Of a stretch of 64,000 bases of DNA, positions 9,148-17,803 are shown one piece after another. Each line of letters starts with the position of its first letter. The first letter of the stretch is position 1. Source of the stretch: Deltaproteobacteria bacterium (GTDB lineage Bacteria > Desulfobacterota > DSM-4660 > Desulfatiglandales > HGW-15); the NCBI GenBank assembly GCA_019310485.1, contig JAFDEF010000033.1, positions 17,174 through 81,173 on the forward strand, written 5' to 3'. A program made the translations under genes and the position numbers. The notes below the pieces were generated by a model, which worked only from the letters and a program-made list of their open reading frames with translations, was not told where the DNA came from and searched no databases.

Positions 9148-9411
9148 GTCTTTTGAGAGTAGGGGCTCGCTCCTGCTCTCAAAGCAGCAATTTCACAATC
9201 GTCTTTTAGCGGATAGGAAATAGTCACTGCTCAGGTGGATAGGCTGAAGGAAAAAATGCTGTGAAATTCTCTCCTTGTATGTGTTTCCATCCAGGCAAGT
9301 ACAATCTTCCTGCATTTGAGTTCGCTGAAAGGGAAGCAGGCCTGCTTTACTCATTGAAAATACTTCCGTCTTCAGTCCTAAACCCGAATACCCGGGTAAT
9401 TGGAGGGAATA

Positions 9412-10635
9412 ATGAAAGAAAAAGAACCAAACTGTGCCAGCCCCGGGATGAGCCGACGTGAATTTATACACCTTATGGCCATAAGTCCTGTCGCTGCAAT
9501 TATGCCCTGGAGCCGGGTCAGCGCCGCTGGAAAAATATTTAGATCCCGGCAGCATGCCAGGGTGAGTTTAGCCGGAGTAGTACGTGGAACCACTCAAGAC
9601 GACATCCTGGAAGCGATCCGGCATGCAGCCGAGGCAGCGACTGATTTCTCCTGGCTATCACGCGGCGATTCTGTGCTGATAAAGCCGGTCGTCAACTCGG
9701 GAAACCCTTATCCTGCCACTACCAGCCCGGTTTGTGTGAAAGCCATGGTTACTCTTCTTAAAGAAAAGGGCGCAAAGCGGGTGATTGTAACTGATTTGTC
9801 TGGTATTGAACATGTCAAGCTCTCGCCCGACAAAAGGAAAGGCAGCACAAGAAAATTGATGGAGCGCTGTGGTATATCACAGGCAGCCGTGGCTGCCGGC
9901 GCGGAAATAGTGCTTCCCGAAGAATCGGGCTGGGACGACTTTTACGAAGATGGCCCTGCAAATGGAACTAGCTGGAAGGCCGGAATCATGATGCCCAAGA
10001 TTATCAAGGAGGTGGATCATATAGTGCTCCTCCCTCGCTGCAGCCGGCACGCCCTGGCGGGTTCAAGCCTGGGCATGAAGGCTGCTGTGGGCTACTGGAG
10101 AACCGATACGCGCCTTGAGTACCACCGTGATGCCGCAACTTTCCAGGAAAAGACGGCCGAGGCAAACACAGTGGCAGGTTTAAGGGAAAAACATCGACTG
10201 ACACTGACCCTGGCAGACAAGATTCTGGCCACCTTGGGCCCGGACAAGGGCTATGTTGTTACGCCTGAGACCGGACTCATCCTGGCTTCCGAATCTCTTG
10301 TTGCCCATGACATGGTCTCACTGGCCTGGTTATTGGAGTCAAGACGAGCTGCACCTCAAGAAGAAAAGGAAGGCCGACGTGATCCATACACTTCACAGTT
10401 TCTTGTCAACACGATCAACAAGGTTGTTGTTAAAAAGCTAGGTGGGATGGGACAAGCGATTAAATCAGAGAAACTCACCAGAAACGATATAAAAACAATC
10501 TGGGATGATCGCGTCTTAAGACGAGCATTTCAGATATTTGGGGGAATTCCTGAATTGAAGCTTGTTGAAACCAACTCTAAAGTTCCCTCCCGTGTAAGGC
10601 GTCGTCTACTTAACATGACCACCCCAAGATCATAA
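9412..10635 (+). CDS. DUF362-family protein with twin-arginine (Tat) signal
   Basis: The ORF track starts at TTG 9400. The ATG at 9412 has GGAGGG 4 nt upstream. A Tat-like motif (SRREFIHLMAISPVAAI) is present, and the core resembles DUF362 (VLIKPVVNSGNPYPATTSPVCVKAMVTLLKEKGAKRVIVTD). Confidence 0.65.
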   Translation: MKEKEPNCASPGMSRREFIHLMAISPVAAIMPWSRVSAAGKIFRSRQHARVSLAGVVRGTTQDDILEAIRHAAEAATDFSWLSRGDSVLIKPVVNSGNPYPATTSPVCVKAMVTLLKEKGAKRVIVTDLSGIEHVKLSPDKRKGSTRKLMERCGISQAAVAAGAEIVLPEESGWDDFYEDGPANGTSWKAGIMMPKIIKEVDHIVLLPRCSRHALAGSSLGMKAAVGYWRTDTRLEYHRDAATFQEKTAEANTVAGLREKHRLTLTLADKILATLGPDKGYVVTPETGLILASESLVAHDMVSLAWLLESRRAAPQEEKEGRRDPYTSQFLVNTINKVVVKKLGGMGQAIKSEKLTRNDIKTIWDDRVLRRAFQIFGGIPELKLVETNSKVPSRVRRRLLNMTTPRS

Positions 10636-10643
10636 AATGGTTT

Positions 10644-10754
10644 TTTACCCCGCCCGCAGAAAGCCACGGCTTTAGCCGTGGATGAATGCGGTTAAGGGCG
10701 GGCGGGATGTCGTACCACTAAGTCCCGCCGATTGCGAAGCAATTCGGCGAGACT
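10644..10754 (+). repeat. 111-nt structured intergenic repeat, family F3, copy 1
   Basis: Identical (111/111 by eye) to 51326-51436. It contains nested hairpins: CCCGCCCGC...GCGGGCGGG enclosing CCACGGC-TTTA-GCCGTGG, then GCCGATTGC-GAA-GCAAT(T)CGGC. It starts 8 nt after the DUF362 stop. Confidence 0.9.
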
Positions 10755-11073
10755 GTGGTGCCACGGGCTTGCCCGTGGGGCTCCACCAAAGAATCGCCCC
10801 TTGACAAGAAACGCGAGTAGCCTGAGTCAATAAGATGTCCTGCCTGATGCATGCCGGTAATGCGATAGGGCATCTCACACTTTCTGTAGCTGTTTTCGCG
10901 AATGAAGCTTTCGATGTCCGGGCCATTTAGGCAGGGCTGCCTGTCGTGACGGATAACCTGCAGGAGCGCAAGCAATAATGCACGGGTCTCACGGTTTAGC
11001 CAGCCGCGTCTGCGTCGGAGTTTTGCCAAATGACTATAACTTTAGCGCGAATTGAAGACTTGTGGAGGCAAAC

Positions 11074-11688
11074 ATGAATGAAGTGACAAAAAAAGCCTTT
11101 AGGCTTCTTAGGGAAGTCAAATCGGTTTCTTGCGCAACAATAAATAAAGGTGAACCGGTTATTCGGATTGCCGATGTGATGCTTGCAGGGGAAGACGGCC
11201 TTTATTTTCTAACTGCGAGAGGAAAGCCCTACTATAAACAGCTTAAAGAAAACCACAGGCTGGCGATTTGCGGGATGGACAAAAATTATGTTTCTGCCCG
11301 CATTGTCGGTGAAATTCAATTCTGTGGGGATAGAAATATAGTAGATAGGATTTTCCAACATAACCCGATGATGAATGATCTGTATCCTGGTGAAAAACGA
11401 GACATTCTGGAGGCGTTTCAAATGTACCGCGGCAAAGGTGAAATATTCGACCTTTCAGTCGAGCCGCCCGGACGCGAGCGGTTTTCCTTTGGCGGTGAAA
11501 CGGTTAATCCATCAGGGTATCTGATAACCGACAAATGTACTGCCTGTGGTATATGCCTGGAGTCGTGTCCTGTAGGAGCAATTTCAGAAGGAGATGTGTA
11601 TAAAATTGACGGAAGTCATTGCCTTGAGTGTGGACGTTGCGCGGAGGTATGTCCAGAAAGTGCCATCCAATCTTCTCCGGGAATATAA
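11074..11688 (+). CDS. pyridoxamine 5'-phosphate oxidase-like FMN-binding protein fused to a 2x[4Fe-4S] ferredoxin domain
   Basis: The ATG at 11074 has GGAGG 5 nt upstream (the track starts at GTG 11062). The C-terminus has CTACGICLESCP and CLECGRCAEVCP cluster motifs. The N-terminal approximately 130 aa are PNPOx-like. Confidence 0.7.
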   Translation: MNEVTKKAFRLLREVKSVSCATINKGEPVIRIADVMLAGEDGLYFLTARGKPYYKQLKENHRLAICGMDKNYVSARIVGEIQFCGDRNIVDRIFQHNPMMNDLYPGEKRDILEAFQMYRGKGEIFDLSVEPPGRERFSFGGETVNPSGYLITDKCTACGICLESCPVGAISEGDVYKIDGSHCLECGRCAEVCPESAIQSSPGI

Positions 11689-11700
11689 GGAAATCCGGAT

Positions 11701-12918
11701 TTAACTTTCAGCGATTTTACGAATGGCTCCGGCAACCACTTCCATTTCTTCAATTGTATTAAAATACCCCATACTGAGCCGCACCGTTCCATCTGGGTAC
11801 GTTCCGAGCGTTTGATGTGCCAGGGGGGCGCAATGAAGGCCTACCCGCACGAAGATATCGTATTTCTTGTTCAAGATGCCCCCGGCTTCACTTGGGGAAA
11901 GACCATCCTCCAGCCATCCGAGATTGATTGCTCCGCAGCCGCTGGGCAAATGCTCAGTGCCGGTCGGTAGGATAGTTTCAAAGGTCACTGAGACGGTGGC
12001 GGTCTGTTTTTCCGCCTTAAGGGGGCCGTAGATCGTGAGACCCTGAACATCAAATAGGTTTTTCAGAAGCGTGGAGGTGAGCACTTGCTCGTGTTCCCTG
12101 ATTTTGCTTATACCTTGCTGAAGGATAAAATCAACACCCGCACCGAGACCCGCAATGCCCACGTTGTTTTGCGTGCCACTCTCCAGTGCATCCGGTAAGA
12201 AGTCAGGCTGGGTTATCTTTTCTGATATACTGCCTGTCCCTCCCCTTTTAAGAGGCCTCAGGCTTAGGCCCTCGCGGATGTACAACCCTCCTGTTCCCTG
12301 GGGGCCCAGGAGAGCCTTGTGTCCGGTAAAGCCAAGGAAATCTATTCCATCTCTTTCCACATCAATCGGGTAGCATCCAGCAGTTTGCGCTGCATCAACA
12401 AGAAGAGGAACCTCCCGTATTGCTTCTTTCACGGCTCTAATATCCTGGATTGTCCCACAGACATTGGAAGCATGGTTTAAGACCACCAGTGCAGTGTTTT
12501 TCTTAATCAGACGGGGAAGTTCCTCAGTATCCAAGAAACCTTTGTGATCGCATGGGGCTATGCTTAGTGAAACAACACCGCTTTCTTCGAGATACTTTAG
12601 GGGCCGAACCACAGAATTATGCTCCATCGAGGTTATTATCACGTGATCACCCCGTTTCAGAAACCCGTTAAAAACAGTATTGAGGGATTCTGTGACATTC
12701 ATCGTGAAAACAATGCGTTCAGGATTCTTTATGTTAAATAGAGCTGCCAGTTTTTCACGAGTGTTTTGCACTATCCGGGATGCTTCAAGGGACAGGGGAT
12801 GACCTGATCTTCCAGGATTGGCCCCTACCTCCTTCATAAAATGTTCCATGGCTTTGAATACCTGCGGAGGTTTGGGAAAAGAAGTCGCCGCATTATCCAA
12901 GTAGATAAATTTCTTCAT
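11701..12918 (-). CDS. class V aminotransferase / cysteine desulfurase-family PLP enzyme
   Basis: IYLDNAATSFPKP N-terminus, a GHK PLP-lysine motif (FTGHKALLGPQGTGG) and a RLSMGYFNT C-terminus. ATG 12918 is preferred over the track's TTG 12936. Confidence 0.85.
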   Translation of the reverse strand: MKKFIYLDNAATSFPKPPQVFKAMEHFMKEVGANPGRSGHPLSLEASRIVQNTREKLAALFNIKNPERIVFTMNVTESLNTVFNGFLKRGDHVIITSMEHNSVVRPLKYLEESGVVSLSIAPCDHKGFLDTEELPRLIKKNTALVVLNHASNVCGTIQDIRAVKEAIREVPLLVDAAQTAGCYPIDVERDGIDFLGFTGHKALLGPQGTGGLYIREGLSLRPLKRGGTGSISEKITQPDFLPDALESGTQNNVGIAGLGAGVDFILQQGISKIREHEQVLTSTLLKNLFDVQGLTIYGPLKAEKQTATVSVTFETILPTGTEHLPSGCGAINLGWLEDGLSPSEAGGILNKKYDIFVRVGLHCAPLAHQTLGTYPDGTVRLSMGYFNTIEEMEVVAGAIRKIAES

Positions 12919-13141
12919 TTCTCTCCAGGCCGACAAAAGCTTTCACTAATTCTTGAAAATATACTTCTTTTATAGTGTATAGCAAGAAAATCTTTCTCCT
13001 TATATGCTCAAACGGAGAGACAAGGGTAAAATCCTATTTCAAAAAGTTGCACATGATGATAGGTAATACAAGAAGGCGGAGGATTCAAATGACCGACACG
13101 TCTTGCTGCCTAAAAATCAATAACTGGAGAAGTGCTGGATC

Positions 13142-13429
13142 ATGCAAAGCAAAGAGAAAATCATCGACCTGCGTAGCGACACGGTTACCAAACCAACCCC
13201 TGCGATGCGCAAAGCAATGGCTGAGGCTGAAGTCGGAGATGATGTCTACGGGGAGGACCCCAGCATAAACCGGCTCCAGGCCATTGCCGCAGAAATGACG
13301 GGGAAAGAGGCATCCATTTTCGCAACGAGCGGCACACAGAGCAATCTGCTTGCACTGCTGAGCCACTGCGAAAGGGGCGACGAATACATAGCCGGGCAGC
13401 AGGCCCACGCCTACGCGAAGAAGGGCTAG
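13142..13429 (+). pseudogene. ltaE: 5' fragment of a low-specificity L-threonine aldolase gene (truncated)
   Basis: The 95 aa ([20 protein letters not shown]...[15 protein letters not shown]...[12 protein letters not shown]) match only the N-terminal approximately quarter of the ~340-aa threonine aldolase family. The frame ends abruptly at TAG and abuts the 3' end of the convergent dsrE-like gene. Confidence 0.7.
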
Positions 13430-13459
13430 CCAAGCCCTGTGCACGTCTGTAAACAGCCC

Positions 13460-13810
13460 CTAGAAATTGAATACCTTGGCCTCTGCCGCGAGGTCAATAA
13501 GATGAGGGGCGCCGTCCAGCACCATATTTGAAAAAAACTTACTCTCGTCTAACTGGCGAGCCTTTGCACAGGGAATTCAAACACCAATGGGGACATGATT
13601 TTCCACCAGGTAGGGCAGATAATCATTCGGGCAATCACCTGTCCCTGCTTTCAGGGAGAAATTCCTTGTGGAATCAGCCCACAGAACCCCTCCATCAATA
13701 AAAAACAAATTGGTCTTGTGTCCCTTGGAGTGTGCAATCTTTGCAAACTGAAAGCACCTTGTCGCAGCCTCGTTATCATTTTTACTGAGCACAAATAAGA
13801 AGTTAGCCAT
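13460..13810 (-). CDS. DsrE/DsrF-like sulfur-relay family protein, probable selenoprotein (in-frame UGA at 13577-13579)
   Basis: The track ORF 13577..13810 (77 aa) ends at TGA. The same frame stays open for 38 more codons to TAG at 13460-13462. The joined protein reads ...LVENHVPIGV-U-IPCAKARQLDESKFFSNMVLDGAPHLIDLAAEAKVFNF. U-I-P-C sits where this family has a V-C-x-x-C-x-x-x-R motif. A hairpin, CUCGCC-AGUUA-G(A)CGAG, lies 17-33 nt after the UGA (13544-13560). Confidence 0.7.
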
Positions 13811-13848
13811 AATGAACCTCCTTTCATATTCTCATGCACTTTGGCGTT

Positions 13849-15600
13849 CTACCCTGTTCCTGCGAGCCTGCCTTCCTTGGCAAGTCGTAATTCCAGGTCG
13901 CATTGAAGACACCTTTTCGCCTCGCGGAGGGCTTCTTCATCTCCCAAACCAAGGTTTACCTCGCTAAAACCGGAATGCCTTTCAGAAATGGGGAGAGTGA
14001 GCATCCTTACTCTTTTAAGATCAGCAAACCCTGTTTCCCTTTTGCCCGTATAAGATTCCGTATCCACTCTTTCCGCTAAGGTCTCATCCAGGGTTCCTTG
14101 CCCACCAAGGGATTTGTCAATTGCTATTGCCGCTTTACGTCCCGTTGCTATAGCCTCTATAATAGAGCTGGGGCCTGTTGCAACATCTCCCCCCGCAAAA
14201 ACGCCCGGGACGCTTGTCTGCATTGTTCCAGGATCAGTCTCAATCAAACCTCCCCCAGACCTTATCTGCTCTTGGCCGGAAATGAAAGACAGATCTGCAG
14301 CTTGGCCTATTGCCAGTATTACCTGATCAGCATTAACCGTCATTTTCTCTTCACCAAAAGCCGGGCAGAAGTTCCCCCCCTCGTCAAAGACAGACGTGCA
14401 TCGGACAAGTTCAACTGCACTTACCCTCCCATTGTCTCCTATGATTCGATGAGGTCCCCAGGAGGTCATAAGCTTTACTCCCTCTTCCAGCGCTTGCTCT
14501 ATCTCCCACGGGCTGGCGGGCATTTCTTCCCTGCTCTCCAGGCATGCCATAGTGACCTCTTTTGCCCCCGTTCTCAAGGCGCTCAAGGCCACGTCCACAG
14601 CCACATTACCACCCCCTACGACAAGCACTCTGTTTTTAAGCCGGACGTTATTCCCGACATTGACATCTGCCAGGAAATCCACTCCCCAAAAGACATCTTC
14701 CAGATCAGTCCCTTCGAGATCTATTTTTCTGCTTTTCTGAAGCCCGGTCGCTACAAAAATAGCTTGGAATCCCTCTGCCTTTAACTGGTCAAGGGTAAAA
14801 TCAACTCCAAGCCTTTTCTCATTTTCAAGCCTGATCCCAATGCTCAGCACCTGGTTTATTTCTTTCTCCAAGACCTCCTCCGGCAACCTATAATAAGGAA
14901 TGCCATAACGCATCATACCCCCAGCCTTGGCTCTAGCCTCAAATACAGTGACATCATGCCCCATTTTCCTGAGATAAAAAGCAGCTGTTAATCCTGCCGG
15001 TCCAGCACCAATAACAGCGATCTTATGGCCTGTACTTTCTTTAACCTTTGAAGCTCCTTTGAACGCTCCGTCTGCTTTATCCGCTGCATACCTCTTGAGA
15101 GCGCAAATGGCAATCGGCTCATTAACTTCGCCTCTTCTACACTTACTTTCGCATGGGTGCATGCACACCCGTCCCAAGATACCCGGAAATGGAACTTTCT
15201 CGAGAATAAGTTTGCAGGCTTCCTCAGGTTTCTCTTGGGCAATTAGCCGGAGGTACCCCGGCACATCGATACCGGCAGGGCAGGCAGCAGTGCACGGCGG
15301 GACCTCCTCAGGCATAAAGTCTTTAGGTGTCATAGAGCGCAGAGGTCGCACAATGTCCAGGATCGCTATGCCGTTCGGACACACGCTTTCACACCGACCA
15401 CAGGTGGTGCACTGCCATGGAAGTGAGCTATTGGCTATCTCTTCAATTAGATCAAGCTCCACAAATCTTATGATTCTCCTGATATTGAAGTCATCCACAC
15501 CTGTAATAGGGCAACCAGAACTGCAGCATCCGCACTGTTCGCAAGTCCTGAACATGGTTACATCACTAAATTTCTCTGCTAAAGCCGTATTCGAATCCAT
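13849..15600 (-). CDS. fusion of a 2x[4Fe-4S] (HdrC-like) domain with a GltD/NfnB-like NAD(P)H-dependent FAD oxidoreductase
   Basis: [12 protein letters not shown] and [12 protein letters not shown] motifs come first. They are followed by a glutamate-synthase-small-subunit-like Fe-S region ([17 protein letters not shown]...[12 protein letters not shown]) and two Rossmann motifs ([23 protein letters not shown]). ATG 15600 has AAGAGG 9 nt upstream and is preferred over the track's TTG 15621. Confidence 0.85.
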   Translation of the reverse strand: MDSNTALAEKFSDVTMFRTCEQCGCCSSGCPITGVDDFNIRRIIRFVELDLIEEIANSSLPWQCTTCGRCESVCPNGIAILDIVRPLRSMTPKDFMPEEVPPCTAACPAGIDVPGYLRLIAQEKPEEACKLILEKVPFPGILGRVCMHPCESKCRRGEVNEPIAICALKRYAADKADGAFKGASKVKESTGHKIAVIGAGPAGLTAAFYLRKMGHDVTVFEARAKAGGMMRYGIPYYRLPEEVLEKEINQVLSIGIRLENEKRLGVDFTLDQLKAEGFQAIFVATGLQKSRKIDLEGTDLEDVFWGVDFLADVNVGNNVRLKNRVLVVGGGNVAVDVALSALRTGAKEVTMACLESREEMPASPWEIEQALEEGVKLMTSWGPHRIIGDNGRVSAVELVRCTSVFDEGGNFCPAFGEEKMTVNADQVILAIGQAADLSFISGQEQIRSGGGLIETDPGTMQTSVPGVFAGGDVATGPSSIIEAIATGRKAAIAIDKSLGGQGTLDETLAERVDTESYTGKRETGFADLKRVRMLTLPISERHSGFSEVNLGLGDEEALREAKRCLQCDLELRLAKEGRLAGTG

Positions 15601-15604
15601 CTCA

Positions 15605-17674
15605 TCAAACCTCTTTTGCAAGATGAAGCTCTCTTACCATTTCCCTCATCGTGTTTGCGAACTTTGGCCCGTCCGCCGCTGAGCACCAAATATTCCATAG
15701 CTTATCAGGGTCAAATCCTTTCTTCGCCAGTATCTTCTTGGCCCTATTTACCCTTTTTTCCGCAGCATAATTCCCTGAAATGTAGTGACATGTTGGGAAT
15801 TCACAGCCTGCCACAAGTACGCCAGCAGCCCCTAAGTCAAAAGCCCTTTGAATGAACTTAATTGAAACCCTCGCCGAGCACATCACCCGTATTAGTCTCG
15901 CATTGGGCGGGTACTGAAGCCTGCTCACTCCTGCCATGTCAACGCCGCCAAGTGCGCACCAGTGACAGACAAAGGCAATTATTTTGTCTGCAGGGTTCTC
16001 CTCCAAAGCAGCTTCTACCTGAGCCAAAACCTGGTCGTCGGAATAGTGAACGATGCTAATGCATTCTTTAGGGCAATCTGCTGCACAAAGACCGCAACCT
16101 TTACAAAGCGCTTTTACCACCTGGGGTTCTTTGTTCTCATTAACACGTATGGCACCATACGGACATCTCTTCCAGCAAAGACCGCAACTATTACAGTTCG
16201 CAAGATCAATATCAGCCACGATCCCCTCTGCCTCAATATACCCATTGTTCATTGGAATGGAGACCCTCATAGCCGCCCCCATACCTTCTTCGATGGTCTC
16301 TTTCAGGGTTTTTGGATTCTTCGCACACCCACAAAGGGCTATGCCGTCTGCCGGAAAATCTAGGGGGCCCAGTTTGATATGACGTTCTTGAAAGAACCCC
16401 TCCGCGTTGCTCGAAACCTTAAGATGCCCTTTGATCTTTTCAATGGTCTCATCCCCTTCAAAACCAGCGGTAAGAACAAGAAGATCAGCTGATAGAAGGA
16501 AAGCCCTTCCACTTAGTATGTCGTATACGTTTATCACCAGGTTCTCATTGTCTTTGGTAACTTCTGGATACCTGTCGTCCGGAAATCTCAAGAACTTCAC
16601 CCCAGCGGCTTTAGCCGCGTCTATGTGAAAATGCTCTTCCTTAACCATGCTTAGGTCTCTGTAGAGAATATATACCTTCGCTTCTTTATTGACCCTTTTG
16701 ATTGCAAGCGCATTCTTTATCGACACGTGGCAGCCAATATTGCAGCAACCACGGGTTTCATTTTTTGACCCGACACAATTAACCATGACCACGTTCTTGA
16801 CATCTCCGAGCTGATTATTCTTAAGAATCCCTTCCAGCTCAAGCTGTGTAACTACGCGAGAATCGCTCCCATAAAAGAACTTTCCCTCTAAATTCAACTC
16901 TCTCATTCCAGTAGCGACAATAACCGTTGACACATCAAAATTGTTTCTTGTTCCATTAGATTTAATTGTTACGCTGTAATTGCCGATGTAGCCGTCCACA
17001 TTTTCAATCTCCGCGTTAGTGTAAACCACTACATTAGGGTGAGTCTCAACAAGCTTTGCCTGCCCCCTGACAATCTCTTCAGCGCTTAGTAATTCCTTGT
17101 CGCTAGAAACTGTCGAGATTAGGTTTAGTAGCCCTCCTAGCTGCGGCCTTTTCTCAACGAGGACTGCTTTGAAACCTTGGTTAGCAAGGCTGAGGGCGGC
17201 TGTCATACCCGCCATGCCGCCCCCGATGACCATACAGTCTTTTCCAACCGGCAGCCTGATCTCTTCACCTTCCTCAAGCAAGGCAGCTTTGGCTACTCCC
17301 ATCTTGACCAAGTCCTTAGCCTTCTGCGTTGCTATTTCCGGTTCATTCATATGAACCCAGGAAACCTGCTCCCTTATGCTCACGAATTCCAGCAAGTATG
17401 GGTTTAGCCCCGCTTCCTTAACAGTTTGTTTAAACAGAGGTTCATGGGTTCGGGCGGTGCATGATGCAATAACAACTCGATTTAATTTATGCTCCTTAAT
17501 GGACTCCTGCATCGAGCTGAGAGCATCCACGGAACATGACCATTTACCCTCGTCAACGAAAACCACGTTCTTCAGTCCTTTTGCGTAGTTCACAACCTCG
17601 GGTACATTGACCACCCCCGCAATATTTGAACCACAATCGCACACAAATACCCCAATCCGGATTTCTTCAGTCAT
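15605..17674 (-). CDS. HdrA-like FAD/Fe-S flavoprotein fused to a C-terminal MvhD-like domain
   Basis: 689 aa with an HdrA-type N-terminal Cys domain ([14 protein letters not shown]) and an FAD motif ([13 protein letters not shown]). A ferredoxin insert follows ([24 protein letters not shown]). The C-terminus is an MvhD-like module ([18 protein letters not shown]...[10 protein letters not shown]). Confidence 0.85.
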   Translation of the reverse strand: MTEEIRIGVFVCDCGSNIAGVVNVPEVVNYAKGLKNVVFVDEGKWSCSVDALSSMQESIKEHKLNRVVIASCTARTHEPLFKQTVKEAGLNPYLLEFVSIREQVSWVHMNEPEIATQKAKDLVKMGVAKAALLEEGEEIRLPVGKDCMVIGGGMAGMTAALSLANQGFKAVLVEKRPQLGGLLNLISTVSSDKELLSAEEIVRGQAKLVETHPNVVVYTNAEIENVDGYIGNYSVTIKSNGTRNNFDVSTVIVATGMRELNLEGKFFYGSDSRVVTQLELEGILKNNQLGDVKNVVMVNCVGSKNETRGCCNIGCHVSIKNALAIKRVNKEAKVYILYRDLSMVKEEHFHIDAAKAAGVKFLRFPDDRYPEVTKDNENLVINVYDILSGRAFLLSADLLVLTAGFEGDETIEKIKGHLKVSSNAEGFFQERHIKLGPLDFPADGIALCGCAKNPKTLKETIEEGMGAAMRVSIPMNNGYIEAEGIVADIDLANCNSCGLCWKRCPYGAIRVNENKEPQVVKALCKGCGLCAADCPKECISIVHYSDDQVLAQVEAALEENPADKIIAFVCHWCALGGVDMAGVSRLQYPPNARLIRVMCSARVSIKFIQRAFDLGAAGVLVAGCEFPTCHYISGNYAAEKRVNRAKKILAKKGFDPDKLWNIWCSAADGPKFANTMREMVRELHLAKEV

Positions 17675-17803
17675 TGAGTTTACCTCGACTCAACACAAAC
17701 CATATTTTTGCATTTTTATTCATCAAACAGCTGAGTTTCTGTCCATTAGAGCAATCGAAGCAACAGAGTGCCTTCGATATTGCCGTAGTGAAGTCCACCT
17801 ACT

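Noticed and set aside
10644-11029. F3 repeat plus adjacent frame as a decayed IS200/IS605 TnpB gene with its omega/re-RNA.
   Set aside because: The geometry fits: the 3' end of an ORF overlaps a structured repeat. However, the translated frame has no RuvC or zinc-finger motifs that I can recognise, and the second F3 copy has no such ORF next to it. This is pure speculation without a profile search.
17675-17803. Possible selenocysteine read-through joining the two HdrA-like genes (Sec-containing HdrA/MvhD are known).
   Set aside because: The upstream gene ends with TAA (17804-17806), not TGA. The 129-nt gap has stops in all frames, and a plausible RBS/ATG for the next gene lies at 17674. The Cys versions of the relevant motifs are present.
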